Shown here: piece after piece, positions 1 through 13,432 of the stretch
Position numbering within the stretch: position 1 is the first letter of the stretch
How the letters are laid out: the number at the start of each line of letters is the position of its first letter
Assembly: GCF_036321535.1 (NCBI RefSeq)
Contig: NC_087437.1
Coordinates: 67,334,001 to 67,398,000 of the forward strand
From: Camelus dromedarius
Taxonomy: Eukaryota
Direction: 5' to 3'
Length of the DNA stretch: 64,000 bases
Program-made: the position numbers and the translations under genes
The notes under the pieces: model-generated
Seen by the model: the letters and a program-made list of their open reading frames with translations, nothing else
Databases searched by the model: none
What the model was told of the DNA's origin: nothing

Positions 1-434
1 GGACACTGTCCTAGATCATCAGATGTACGGAAAGTTGGCTGGAACCAGGGATAATCTTGACATACTTATAAGGTGAACTTCTGTTTTCTCCCAGTGTACT
101 TGAAATTAATTAACCACTAACAGCATCAGGCAGGATAACAAACTACCTTAATGTAGTTGTTGTAAAAGTCGTTTGTAATTAAATGAACAATCTCCAATTA
201 CATACAAATAATTAAAGTATAAAGAATTTTTAGCAGTTTGTACTCAAATACAGGGTAGGAGAAGGGAAAATATTGTTCTCTTCATTTCTTCATCTCATCT
301 TTTTCGTGGTTTAAGTTTAAATTTGTAATTGTGATTGTGGAAACTGGTTTAAATTATCCTTGGCAACAGTGTTATATAATCTGTAAGATAAGTATGTTTT
401 TCATAAAACAAAAGACTTTGGGGGAATAAAATAA

Positions 435-600
435 GTAATAGTGATTACAATTTATTAAACACATTCTGTGTTTTAGACCCTATGTTAAGTATGTTTTATT
501 CATTATTTAATTTAGCTTTTATTCCATAATATAAAGATTAGGAAATTGAGGCTCAGAGAGTTCTATAACATACTCAAGGTTCCAGAGTTAGGAAATGACT
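435..600 (-). mobile_element. MIR SINE fragment
   Basis: Reverse-complement MIR core GAAATTGAGGCTCAGAGAG at ~542-560, with degenerate MIR flanks. Confidence 0.65.
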
Positions 601-1728
601 AATGCTAAATGAATTTTGCAACTAGTTCATTCCACCACTAAAATAAAAAAAGAAAAGAGGCTTCTTCTCTGAATACCATGAACAGTTTTGGAAATGGTAC
701 CAACTATTCATCTCTTCCATTCTTCTGAGGACAGAATGCTTTTAATATCTGAAAATATTTTTCTTAAGGACAGAGGTAGCTTATGGCAGTTGTGATACTT
801 ATGGCTACTTTTGGACTATGGTTTCGTTCTTCTGGTCTCATATTTTCTGGGAGAATCAGGCCTACTGTTTGGTCTTAGGAGTTACCGGAACTGTGGAGAT
901 GTGTAAGGATAATCCTTGCACCCTGTGTCCGTGATCAGGTTCAGACCAGTCGTAGAAGTCAGCATATTGCATAACCCACCCCACCAGCTCCTGTCCATCA
1001 TACCAGAGGACATAGGCCCTGATTGGTCCAGCTTCTGCAAGGCTGTTTCAAGGAATCAAGAGCTGCTTGATGGCATGGTTATTTCCTGCCAAGATGCAGT
1101 AGAAGGAATAGGAGCAACAGTAATTATTTGTTCAACTGTTTTGTCTTTTTGCTTGAGGCAGGATTTTGATTCCTAAGAATTTGTCAGACCTTAGGAATAA
1201 AAACATTCTTTTAGGTGGATCTTGCTGAATAATACAGAGTTACCTTTTATTAATGATATTAAAATATATCAGATCTCAATATGGTCACTTTGATTTTACT
1301 TCTGGCAATATCTGCCCACCTACTCCCTGTCCTCAAACCTGGAGAGTTTATCCTAACACAAGAATCGATCTTCTTTTATTTTTATTATTCTACTCTTATT
1401 AAGAGATTTTGGATACAAAGAGAACTTTAAGAATTCTCTTTCAAGTAGCAGAGTTGGGGCTTGAACTTGGGTGTAGCCAATGTTGAAGACCATGCTCTTA
1501 ACCATTATCCATTTCTTTCTCCCAGTGAGATGACTATTATTCAGACTCCTTAGATTTTAGAGCTAGAAGTTGAAGCTTTTTTTCACTGGATATTAGTAAA
1601 AACAAAACTAAACAACATTATATGAATATGTATACTTACAAAACTCTTTATGTAATTTTATGGTGATAGTGACACACATAAACGTCAAATGCAGAGGTTC
1701 TTTCCCTCCACCTCCTACTAAGATAGAA

Positions 1729-1782
1729 TGTGTGTGTGTGTGAGAGAGAGAGACAGAGAGAGACAGAGAGAGAGAGACAGAG
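1729..1782. repeat. (TG)n(AG/ACAG)n compound microsatellite
   Basis: Directly visible. Confidence 0.95.
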
Positions 1783-2477
1783 AATTAGGTAGTACTTCAC
1801 TTCACCTGGTGGAAGTTTTGAAAAATAATTAACATTTTGTTTGTAAAAGTGCAATTAGATTTTTTTTAATGAAGCAGAGATTTGCTTAAAGCTGAACTTC
1901 TTTTTATCATTTTTCTAAGTATACTTAGTATGAAAGCAAGTGAGCTTAATTTTGTGGAATCTCAAGATCTGGGGTCTTGTCTGGCTAACCCACCCAGTGG
2001 CTGGATGACTTTGAGTGAATCATTTTACCTTGATACAGGATAGTAAATTTTGAGAGCTAGATTAGAATGCCTCCAAAGTGACTTTGAGCTCTGAACATTC
2101 ATACATTTGTGAAAATAATGATCTCCAACCTAAAACATATAAAGTCCTCTCTTTAACTGAAGAAACCTACTATGACATAAACAAAATTTAGGTTCATTGA
2201 CTTACTGCAGTAAAGGAGAAAATACCACACGGGCAGCTTAGAAATGGCAGCACATTAGGGAAGTCATGTTCTTTTTTTATTGTTTATGAGTTGGGGTCAG
2301 AAGTTCTTAGGGTAGAGTGTCTCAGGTGAGTGAATCTTTGATCCATTTCTGAAGGCAAGTGTTAATGTCAGTGAGGTTCGGTTGTAGACAAATAAGGAAT
2401 TATGTGAATTACGAGATGGTCTTGGTTGTAATTGTATAACTAATGGGCTCAGTTGCCCTAGTTCTCACGTATCATAC

Positions 2478-2894
2478 TTACTAGTCTGGGTTCTCCAGAG
2501 AAAATATATGTGATATCTATTTTTATTATAAAGAATGGGCTCACATGATTATGGAGGCCGAGAAGTCCTAAGATCTGCAGGAGGCAAGCTAGAGACCCAG
2601 GAGAGTGGATGGCATGAGTTCCAGTCCTGGTCGGAGTCTGAAGGCAGGAGACAGACATCCTCAGGCAATAACAGTCAGACAGAGAGAGGGAGAATTCTCC
2701 CTCACTGTTCTCTTTTGTTCTAGTCGGGTCTCCAGTTGGATGAGGCCACCCACATCGGAGAAGGCAATCTGCTTTACTCAGAGTGCCAATTCAAATGTTC
2801 ATCTCATACTCTCATAAACACCCCCAGAATGTTTAATCAGGTATCTGGGCACCCTGTGGCCCTGTTAAGCTGACATATAAAACTAATCATCACA
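2478..2894 (-). mobile_element. MLT2-type (ERVL) solo LTR
   Basis: GGGTTCTCCAGAGAAA start, GGCTCACATGATTATGGAGGC internally, and an end whose reverse complement reads TGTGATGATTAGTTTTATATGTCAGCTT, like the MLT2 5' end. Confidence 0.85.
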
Positions 2895-2992
2895 CATACC
2901 ATTTTGTAATGAACCACACATTTCTCTGTGACATTTTGGTGACATGAATTGTGACTTGCTAATAACTAATGTAACACAGAATCTGGCTTGTA

Positions 2993-3126
2993 TAGTTGGG
3001 CCACCATATCTGCTGATGTAGCCATTGCATATAAGGGACTTGAGCATCTGCAGGTTTAGACATCTACAGGGAGGAATGGAGTGGGTGTCCTGGAACCAAG
3101 CCCCCACAGATAACTGTGAGTGACTG
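2993..3126. mobile_element. Short MER2-like TcMar-Tigger MITE
   Basis: GGGACTTGAGCATCTGC...GTCCTGGAACCAAGCCCCCACAGATA...GACTG, flanked by TA on both sides. Confidence 0.75.
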
Positions 3127-4619
3127 TATGTAGTAGGTGCTTACTACATCTTTATTAAAAAGTGAATGAACAAATCAATGAAAAAACATTGAAAGAAGTC
3201 TGGGTAAGTGTGGAGCTTGGTAGAAGTAGAGATTTTGCCCGATAGCAATTTGATTTCATTATCTTTTAAGGAAGGGAAAACCTTTCAAAACTGCTCCATG
3301 TACTGTTGCTTATTTGAATAGATGTGACATTCCAAAGTTGATATTCCTTAATAGCTGTGATTAGCATATCTAAATTCTTCTCCAAGACTTTTGAAGCATT
3401 TTTCTTTTGTTTGAAGTTTCATTACACCTTCCACTGGTAGTTTTGAGGAGCCAAGCTGGAAGTTTTATTCTTATTCTTCTTGCTAATTGTATAAATGGAC
3501 AGCCCAGGAATGGGGTATCCTTTCTTTCCAAGGACAATAATCAGTTCTAAATTCTTATAATTGAGAAAACACAATTTGAAATACAGTTCATGATGAAAAA
3601 AATTTCTGGTAGGCCCCATAGGGAACTAAACTCCATCTAAGGTCTACCCTTCAGCATAAATTGAGTTTAATTTGCTTGGCCAGGCTTTTCTTCCTGCTTA
3701 CTGCAAAAGGAAGCTTCAGATCAGCCCAGACCTTGTCACAGTGCTCAATTAAAAGTATGAATTAATAAAGCTGCCTTAATTGGCCTGACAGAGCCAGCAA
3801 TATGACCTCATCACCCAGCTACCTTTGATCCTGGATTCACATTTCCATAAAGAACAGACAGGAACTGGCAAATTCTTGTTTTCTTAATAACATACCACAT
3901 TCACAGTTATAACATTCAATGCCCCAGCTCACAGCTTTATCTACCAATCTAGAGTATGTTCTGGAGCTAGTTAAATTAACTTAGCTATCAAAATGCTAAG
4001 CTTGATAGCTCATTTATCTTTCTGTCTCACAACTCGACATTACAATACGGTGGTGATTGATCTTGCATCTTCCAGGTACCATATAGTATAAAAACTAAGA
4101 GAAGATTAATTAAAAGCTGTCTTACCCAGACAGGTTTTTAAATAAGTTTTAGATTTACACTGTATATCAGCTGAAGCAGAAAGAGATTCTAAGACCGGGA
4201 GCTCTGTAGCACCAATTGGATTTTTCTTTTATGTGGAATATGTATGCAGTCGTCCTGATGACCATTATTATTCTTTTACACATGTTGAATACCAAAATGA
4301 GGCAGAAAGACCCTGCCACAAATGTCCTCTAGCTGTCTCTGTTCCAGCACAGCATACCACACAGCACACACAGAGGACATGTTGTTGCACAAATATCCCC
4401 ATGTGCAGTCATCACCACTCAGAAAAGTTTTTTCTGTATTTTTGCCTATGAATTTGGAAGTTTGAGAAATTTTACATGAGTATGGAGGAAAATGATGTCT
4501 AAACCCAGCACTGGGAAAGAGAGAAAAACTCAATTTCTGTCTCACATTTAAGGGAGACTCTTTTATGATTTGGAGAAAGGTGTCTACAATAATCATAATT
4601 GTAGTTACCACTGAGAGAA

Positions 4620-4785
4620 TTATTACTGTATCATGTAACTTATTTACATTATTTCCAGGATTTACAATAATTTTAAAAGGGTAAATATTTCTGTGCCCAT
4701 TTTACAGATGAAGGAACTAGTGTCCTGAAATGTTAAGTTCCATCACCAAAGCCTAGTGGTTAGTAATCAGCAGAGTTGGGATTTA
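4620..4785 (-). mobile_element. MIR SINE
   Basis: CCCATTTTACAGATGAAGGAACT core. Confidence 0.75.
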
Positions 4786-4878
4786 CATTACAGGCTGGTT
4801 TACTTGGCCCAGAAGGACACTGCACCATGCTGCCTTCCACATCCCTGCAGAGCAGCAAATATACCCATTTGCACTTTC

Positions 4879-5219
4879 TGTCTTAGGTTGTTCAGGCTGC
4901 TGAAACAAAACACCACAGACTAGGTGGCTTACAAACAACAGAAATTTATTTCTCACAGTTCTGGAGGTTGGAAGTCCAGGATTATGGCACCACCGTGGTT
5001 GGGGGAAGGTCCTCTCTGGGCTGCAGTCTTCTCGTTGTGTCCTCACATGGTGGAAGGGGCTAGGAAGCTCTCTGTAGCCTCTTTCGTAAGGGCACTAATC
5101 CCATTCATGAGGGCTCCGTCCTCATGACCTAAGCACCTCTCAAAAGCTTCACCTCATGTTTGGGGGCTAGGATTTCAACATATGAATTTAGAAGCAACAT
5201 AAACATTCAGACTGCAGCA
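4879..5219 (-). mobile_element. MLT1A-like MaLR solo LTR
   Basis: TG...CA ends; ACCACAGACTAGGTGGCTTACAAACAACAGAAATTTATTTCTCACAGTTCTGGAGG and GGATTTCAACATATGAATTT motifs. Confidence 0.9.
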
Positions 5220-5480
5220 ACACTGTATGGAATCTTTGAGAGCCAGTGAGGTATTTGATTCACTATAGGCTGCTCAAGTTTAAGTTCCCTGTTTACAAGA
5301 ACTTGTTGCTTCTGTGGAATATGCCACATCTTCATAGCATTGTACGTCTCTAGTCATCCAGGGGCTTTGTGAACTTTAGACCAAATTATGTAATACTCTT
5401 GGTGAAATTCTCTGCTTTTCATTCAAATGTCTTAAGTTCCTTGACAGGAAAATAACCATCCTATTTTTTCTACATTAAAA

Positions 5481-5900
5481 ATGAATAGCTAAAAAGATGA
5501 TCAATATCACTAATCATCAGGGAAATATGAATCAGAACCACAATGACATATCACCTCACACCTGTCAGAATGGCTGTCACCAAAAGGAACACAAATAACA
5601 AATGTTGGAGAGGATGTAGAGAAAAGGAATCCCTAGTACACTGTTGGTGGGAATGTAAATTGAAGCAGCCACTGTGGAAAACAGTATGGAGGTTTCTCAG
5701 GAAACTAAAAATAGAACTACCATATGACCCAGCAATTCTACTACTGGGTATATAGCCAAAAAAATCCCAAAACACTAATTTGAAAAGATACAGGCACCTC
5801 AGTTTTCATAGCAGCAGCATTTACAATTGCCAAGATATGGGAGCAACCTAAGTGTCCATCAACAGATGAATGGATAAAGAAGCTATGGCACATTTTATAT

Positions 5901-5952
<52 letters not shown>

Positions 5953-6058
5953 TTATATGATGGAATACTATATATATATATGATGGAATATATATATATA
6001 TGATGGAATATATATATATATATGATGGAATATATATATATATATATATATGATGGTG

Positions 6059-6111
<53 letters not shown>

Positions 6112-6480
6112 GATGGAATACTACTCAGCCATAAAAAGGAATGAAATTTTGCCATTTGCTACAACAAGGATGGACCTGGAGTATATTAAGCTAAGTGAAA
6201 TAAGTCAGACAGAGAAAGACAAGTATTATATGATATCCCTTGTATATGGAATCTAAAAAATAAAGCAAACTAGTGAATATAACAACAAAAAAAGCAGACT
6301 CACAGATAAGAGAACAAATTAGTGATTACCAGGGGAGGGTGGGGAAGGGGAAAAAGAGAGGTGGGGATGTGGGAGGTACAACCTATTACGTGTAAGACAG
6401 ACTACAAGGATGTATTGTACAACACTTTGTAATAACTGTAAATGAATTGTAACCTTTAATATTGTATAAAAAATTTAAAA
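5481..6480 (+). mobile_element. 5'-truncated LINE-1 (ORF2 C-terminus and 3' UTR)
   Basis: ORF 5543-5755 matches the L1 ORF2p cysteine-rich C-terminus (YHLTPVRMA...CWRGC...HCWWEC...LPYDPAI); G-rich 3' UTR tract; A-rich end. Confidence 0.95.
5896..6123. repeat. (TG)n/(TA)n microsatellite containing six TGATGG(AATA) units, inside L1
   Basis: TGATGG at 5958, 5981, 6001, 6023, 6051 and 6111, separated by TA/TG runs. Confidence 0.9.
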
Positions 6481-6549
6481 ATCCACTTTATTCATACTTA
6501 AGTGGGGTTTAGGAGGGAACAGAGGTAAATGCATATGTTTAAAATGTAA

Positions 6550-7030
6550 CATCTTTACCTGAAAGTATGGCTTTATCCTTAAATTTAAATCTTTAATCCA
6601 TCTGGAATGATGTGATTTCATTATATGAAAAAGATGTCTTAATTTTGAATGATTAGACATTTTCCCCAGAACAATTACTATTTTATACTAAATCTGTGTA
6701 TATGCCTGAATCTATATCCTAGGTATTCTATTTGGCTTCACTGATATGTTGGTACTGGTTTAGGGATTAACTAAAGATAATTATTATAATCTTAGAATAT
6801 ATTTTAATGTCCAGGAGTCCCCACATTCCTCACACTGCATTATTCTTCTATTTCTAAATATCCTTGTCTCAGTCTTTAGCATAATTACTCCAGTCTCTTC
6901 AAATCCCCTTTTAAATCTTAAAATAATTTGGAGAGAACTGGCATTTTATCAACATTGAATCTTGTCATCAAGAGTAACTATTTTGTCTACTTTTGTTTAA
7001 GTCTTTATGTTCCTCTTTAAAATTTTGTTT
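6550..7030 (-). mobile_element. Ancient L1M/L1ME ORF2 fragment
   Basis: Minus-strand translation contains SRWIKDLNLR (L1 ORF2 WIKDLN motif); degenerate L1-like sequence continues to ~7030. Confidence 0.7.
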
Positions 7031-7346
7031 GCTTAAAAAAATAGCTGAACTGTCCTTACAAAGCTTTAAGCATGCAGTCCCAAAGATGCTTGTAGGTGAA
7101 CTGTTTTGTAAAGAAAACATTTTTAACACTATTAATCATCTCTCTTCCTTTAATCATAAATACTCACTATAAACCTTGAGTGATTATATTGACAATAGCT
7201 ATAGGTTTTAATTTTTTAAGGAGAAGGGAAGCCTTCTTCTCTAATTTTTATCCAGAGGGAAAGGAAAGGAAAATAAAATTTAATGAACACCTAGTGAATA
7301 GTAAGCACTGTTCCCTATGGCCTAATTAATGCCAAGTACTATCTGA

Positions 7347-7470
7347 ATTCATCAGACATCTACTGAGTTATTTTCCGAATACTAGACACTGTGCCAGGCA
7401 CTTTGTGAGCACAAAGATTTTTAAGATGCAGTTCTTTACCTGAAGGATCTCCTCGTCTAAAAGGAGAATA
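7347..7470 (-). mobile_element. L2 LINE 3' end fragment
   Basis: ATTCATCAGACATCTACTGAG...CTGTGCCAGGCACT pattern. Confidence 0.55.
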
Positions 7471-7810
7471 TGATTATGTCTGTCCACCAAACAAATAGGT
7501 AAAATGATCACTCAAGGACATGATCTATGAGAAAATAATTTTCTTCAGTAACCTGGACATTGGTCTCATTGGCTGAATCTTGAATTAGAATTTGGATGAA
7601 TTTCCATGGGGTAGTGAATTAATCCTGGCCCCTCCACAGGGATAGTGCTGGTTAATTTCCATGATACAAAAAGGGAGCAGGGCAAATCCAGGGTTTTTTT
7701 TTCTGGAGATAGGAAAACAGACCCTACGTTCCCTGTACAGACAGAGGGGTGGATAACATTTACAGTTTGGGAATCTTTGACCTTGGGAGCTGAGTACAAT
7801 TCTAGCTCTC

Positions 7811-8411
7811 TGTGGGAGGCAAAATTGAAAGAATTCCTCTCCTTAACCCCTCACCCCACAAGGACTTGTATCCCCTGGTATTCAATCAAACACTAATCTA
7901 TATACTACTCTGATGGGACTTTGTAGATGTAATGAAATGCACAAGTTAGCCGGTCTTAAAATACAGAGATTAGTTGGATGGGCCTTTATCAGATGGAACC
8001 TTTGAAAGCACCAGAAGAGGAACTCAGAGAGATGCAAGCACAAGAGGAATTTGATGCATAGTTGCTGGCTGGAAGGTGGAAGGAGCCACATGACAAGGAA
8101 TGGAGGTGATCTTTAGAAATTGTAAGAGGCTCCCAACTGACAACCAGCCAAAAAATGGGGACCTTTGTATCACAAACACAAGGGACTAGATTCTCCCAGC
8201 AAAACGAATAAGATTGGAAGTAGATTATCTCCTGAGGTATCCATATAAGAACCCAGCTTGCCTGAGACCTTGGTTTCAGTCTTGTGATGCCCTGAGCGGA
8301 GAACCCAGTGGAGCCCGCCTGTATTTCTGATGTCATGAACTAGTACATGGGTATTGCTTTAGACTGCTAAGTTTGTGGTCATTTGTTATACAGCTTTAGA
8401 AAAATGATACA
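7811..8411 (+). mobile_element. MLT1E-like MaLR solo LTR
   Basis: TGTGGGAGGCAAAATT start, TATTCAATCAAACACTAATCTA, and the end GCTAAGTTTGTGGTCATTTGTTATACAGC...ATACA. Confidence 0.85.
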
Positions 8412-8534
8412 CCACTTAAAACCCATGGAGACTCCGTCAAACACCTCGAAGCCAAGGAGACTTCAGCACTCTACCCTCACAGTCTGTTTATTCTCTCAGA
8501 AATGGGAGAACTGAAGCCTTGTTTTATCTGACAG

Positions 8535-8755
8535 TCAATGTGGAGTAAAAGAAAGACCCTGAACCTGGGGTTCTTACAAGCTGGATTCAAGTCCCAGCTT
8601 TGCCACTTATGAGCGGAACTTCCTGGGATACCCCCTCTCAGACTTGTTGGCTCCATCTGCAGAAGAGGCTAATCCTCTTTACTGAGCAAGAACGTCATGC
8701 AGATGAAATGGGATGAGAATATATGGACTGTAGTAAGTGCTCAATAAAAGGTATC
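8535..8755 (+). mobile_element. MIR SINE
   Basis: GGATTCAAGTCCCAGCTTTGCCACTTA and GTAAGTGCTCAATAAA end. Confidence 0.75.
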
Positions 8756-9236
8756 CTTAGTAGAGTTGCTTGGTTTAATGACCAACTTTCAGCATCTCTT
8801 TCTGAATTGTGTAACTGGGGAAGCTCCTCATCAAGGTGATGGTAGCTAACATGGAGACCTCAATATCTTAACCTTCTCAGACTTGATGGGACTAGGTAGT
8901 CAAGGGGAACTTCTGAAAGCATCCCCTAAAGGTAGGGGAAGGTAATCTATTTCCCTTGTTATTGAGGATACTTCTTGCAGCTAATTTAATCTGGATATTT
9001 ACTAGGGGCTGGATGGTCAAGATTTGCTATTCTTTCTTTCCTTTTCTGAATCAAGGACTGAGTTTGTCTCCTGGTGGATGATGATAAAAGTTTATTAAAT
9101 GTATCTGAGGAAAGAACTATTTCTTTAATGACCATATTCAGTGAGTGTCAGTAGGATGTATCTCAGCACAGTTCATCAGTTGAAGGAAAATACTGCAGGA
9201 GAATTTTTTTCATCTCTACCATGGAAATCCCCTAAG

Positions 9237-10025
<789 letters not shown>

Positions 10026-11371
10026 TCAAACTGGAAGTCCTCTGTCTTGAGAGACTGGGGTGACTCCTCACATCTCCTGGAAAGTGTAAGTGAAGTTTTC
10101 ATGTTTGCAAAGTGATGAACACAACCACAAAGAATGAGAAAGATAATGAATGATCTAATTCTATAAGAGACTGAAGACAGCCTCAGTTGATATGCCTCCT
10201 AAATTTTTGCCTGTATATTAAAATTTTGTAAAATGAATCACTGTGTAAATGTATCAGGAAACTAGTTTTTTTTTAAGTAAAAAAATTAGGTGGCAAATTC
10301 CCTTGTAAAGTTAAAACTCTGCTTTATCTGTTTTGTAAGCAGATTTTTATGTATTGAATTTTTTTAGGAGAAGGCAGATTGTATCTGGTAGTTTTATGCA
10401 TTGGAAATGCTTCTGAAGAAGTATTTGATTAGTTGATATGGGAGTCAAAATATGCTAGGTTGTAGAAAACTGAGAAAATTGCCACTTTTTATTGTAAATG
10501 CTTTTAAAATGGAATTTAATACTTTTTCCATGGTTTAATTTCCCAAGCTTCCCGCCCCCCCTTGAAGGTGGTACAAGGAAAGGTAAAGCATAATGATTTA
10601 TTGCTGAGTGAGCCAGTGCACTTGGCTCTCTCACTTAACAGCTGTGTGACCTTGGGTAAGTTCCTTACTCCTGGGGATTGTCAGGGGGTAGTCAAACTTC
10701 CCTAGTAAGCTTGGAGAGCTGGTTGGAACACAGATTGTCTGGGGATGGGGTCTGTAGCAGTAGCTCTTTGGTGGTGTCACTGCTTTAGCTAAAAGTCCAA
10801 CTTTGGGTTGGGCTCAAGAGATGGCTGGTTGCTGTGTTCCATAATTCACCTCTAGGAATATGGCAGGCGGATCCATCACCAACCAGTTTAAGGAGCCACT
10901 TAATAAGAAAATCTCCATGGTCAAGGAAAAGATTGTGCCTTCCTTCTGAATGAAGGCAGGTGCTACTAGGAAGTATCTCTGTAATACTTTGTCCTTTAAT
11001 GTCCCATGGGCTAAATACATGCACAGTAACCTTTCCAACACTCTTGCAGTACAAAAGGTTTGTGTCTTTAAAGTATATATGAAATTATTTCAACAAACCA
11101 ATTGACAGTACTGTATGATGCAATGATTTCTAAGAAATGACTTATAAATTGTAACTTTACATTTAAAATATTATTCATTTGAATTGGGAGATTCTACTTT
11201 ATTGAAATTAAATTACCAAGGAAAAAGAGAAGTAGAGTCAAGGTGTCTGCTCTAAGGCCAAAGGGAGGGCAAGTCATTAGTGACGTAAAAATGTACGCTC
11301 CTGTGACTAGGGTTCTTCTGCCATCCTCTTCTGGTCTCTCACAGTATAGTATCAAGTGTACAACTAAGCAA

Positions 11372-11608
11372 TTATAATAGCTAACACTGACTGAATGCTT
11401 ACTTTGTACCAGGCACTGTTCCAGGCACTTTCCATTTACCAATTGATTTGGTCTCCATAAGAACTCTTTGGTGTGGGTACTAGTCTTATTGCTGAGAGGA
11501 GGGGTGAGTTCTTTGCCCAAGGTCAGAGGGCTGGTAAGTGACAGAGGCAGGGTTCAAATGCAGGCAATCTTTCTTGAGAGCCCATGTTCTAAATCTTGTG
11601 CTATATTG
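11372..11608 (-). mobile_element. MIR SINE
   Basis: AATAGCTAACACT...CCAGGCACTGTT...TTGCCCAAGGTCA...GGCAGGGTTCAAATGCAGG. Confidence 0.85.
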
Positions 11609-11760
11609 GTTCTGGTAGCAGAATGATTTCTACTCTGGTTTTTAGTGATGAATATCTCTGTGACTTGGTGAGGTAGATCCGTGTCCAGGAGACCAGGGCA
11701 CCTCACATAGAGTCCCTTCTACTGGTCTGTGTCACACACAGACTTCCCATTGCACTCCCA

Positions 11761-12366
11761 TTTTTTTGTTTGTTTTTTTAAAACTTTTTTAAAATTTAAG
11801 TATAGTTGACTTATAATGTTTCAGATGTACAGCAGAGTGATTCAGTTTTATATATATATATATATGTACACACACACACACATATGAATATATGTTCTTT
11901 TTCAGATTCTTTTCCATTATAGGTTATTACAAGATATTGAATATAGTTCCCTATGCTACGCAGTAGGTCCTTCTTGTTTATCTGTTTTGTATGTAGTAGT
12001 GTGTATCTGCTAATCCCAAATTCCCAATTTATCCCTTCCCTCTTTTCCCTTTAATAACCATAAGTTTGTTTTCTATGTCTGTGAGTCTATTTGTTTTGCA
12101 AATAAGTTCATTTGTATCAATTTTTTAGATTCCACATATTAGTGATATCATATGATAGTTGTTTTTCTCTGTCTGACTTACTTTACCTGGTATGATCATC
12201 TCCAGTTCTATCCATGTTGCTGCAAATGGCATTATTTCATTATTTTTTATGGCTGAGTAGTATTCCATTGTATACATTATCATATCTTCTTATCCAGTCA
12301 TCTGTTGATGGACACTTCCATGTCCTGGCTTTGTAAATTGTGCTGCTGTGAACATTGGGGTGCATG
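11761..12366 (-). mobile_element. 5'-truncated LINE-1 3' end (cetartiodactyl type)
   Basis: T-rich tail, then GTATAGTTGACTTATAATGTT...TGTACAGCAGAGTGATTCAG and ATGGCTGAGTAGTATTCCATTG. Confidence 0.92.
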
Positions 12367-12669
12367 ATACCAGTTGGACTCCTGCTGACCAGCCAACCAT
12401 GCCCAGCATCTGTACTGCTCTTGGCCACATTATATTATTTAATTGACTTCTCCTTTTGCCTTGGAACCTTCTTCTAACTTTTCTTGGGAAACTGTTTCCC
12501 TCACATCTGTGTGTAAAGCAGGCCACCTGCCCCATGGGGTTCAGGGCAAATTAGATGGTGCCTTTATCTCCTGCCTGTCTCTGGGACTCCTGGAGCCTTC
12601 TCTCTCTGCATCTTACCCCTGTTTCTACCTTCATGCTGGCCTCCTGGACTTGAAGATAAAAATCAGCCC

Positions 12670-13432
12670 TTGCTGGAGAGGGTTTGGAGAAAAGGGAACC
12701 CTCCTACACTGTTGGTGGGAATGTAGTTTGGTGCAGCTGTTATGGAAAATAGTATGGAGATTCCTCAAAAAACTAAAAATAGACTTATGATATGCTCCAA
12801 CAATCCCACTCCTGGGCATATATCTGGAGGAGACTCTAATTTGTAAAGATAGTGCACCCCAATGTTCATAGCAGCATTATTTACAGTAGCTAAGATATGG
12901 AAACAGCCTAAATGTCCATCGATAGATGACTGGATAAAGAAATTGAGGTATATTTTTTACAATGGAATACTACTCAGCCATGAAAAATAAAATAATGCCA
13001 TTTGCAGCAACATGGATGGACCTGGAGATCATCATTCTAAGTGAAGTAAGCCAGAAAGAGAAAGAAAAATACCATATAATATTACTCATTTGTGGAATCT
13101 AAAAAAGAGAAAAAAGAAGATACTAATGAACATATCTACAAAACAGAAACAAACTTTCAGACATAGTAAACAAACTTATGGTTACCAAAGGGAAAGGGAG
13201 TGGGAGGGATAAATCGGGAGTTCAAGATTTGGAAATATTAACTACTATGTATAAAATAGATAAACAACAGTTTCATACTGTATAGCACAGGGAACTATAA
13301 CTATATTCAATATCTTATAGTAACCTATAATGAAAAAGAATTTGAAAATGAATGTATGTATATACATGTATGACTGAAACATTATGCTATACACCAGATA
13401 TTGACACATTGTAACTGACTATACTTAAGTAA
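12670..13432 (+). mobile_element. 5'-truncated LINE-1 with TSD (camelid-like 3' end)
   Basis: ORF2 C-terminus ([18 protein letters not shown]); 3' end ACACCAGATATTGACACATTGTAACTGACTATACT; TSD AAAAATCAGCCC at 12658-12669 and 13433-13444. Confidence 0.95.

Noticed and set aside
5896..6123. Repeat-spacer pattern superficially like a CRISPR array
   Set aside because: The spacers are simple TA/TG runs, the repeat is L1-derived, the context is mammalian and there are no cas genes
6332..6375. G-quadruplex-like tract
   Set aside because: Standard G-rich segment of the L1 3' UTR
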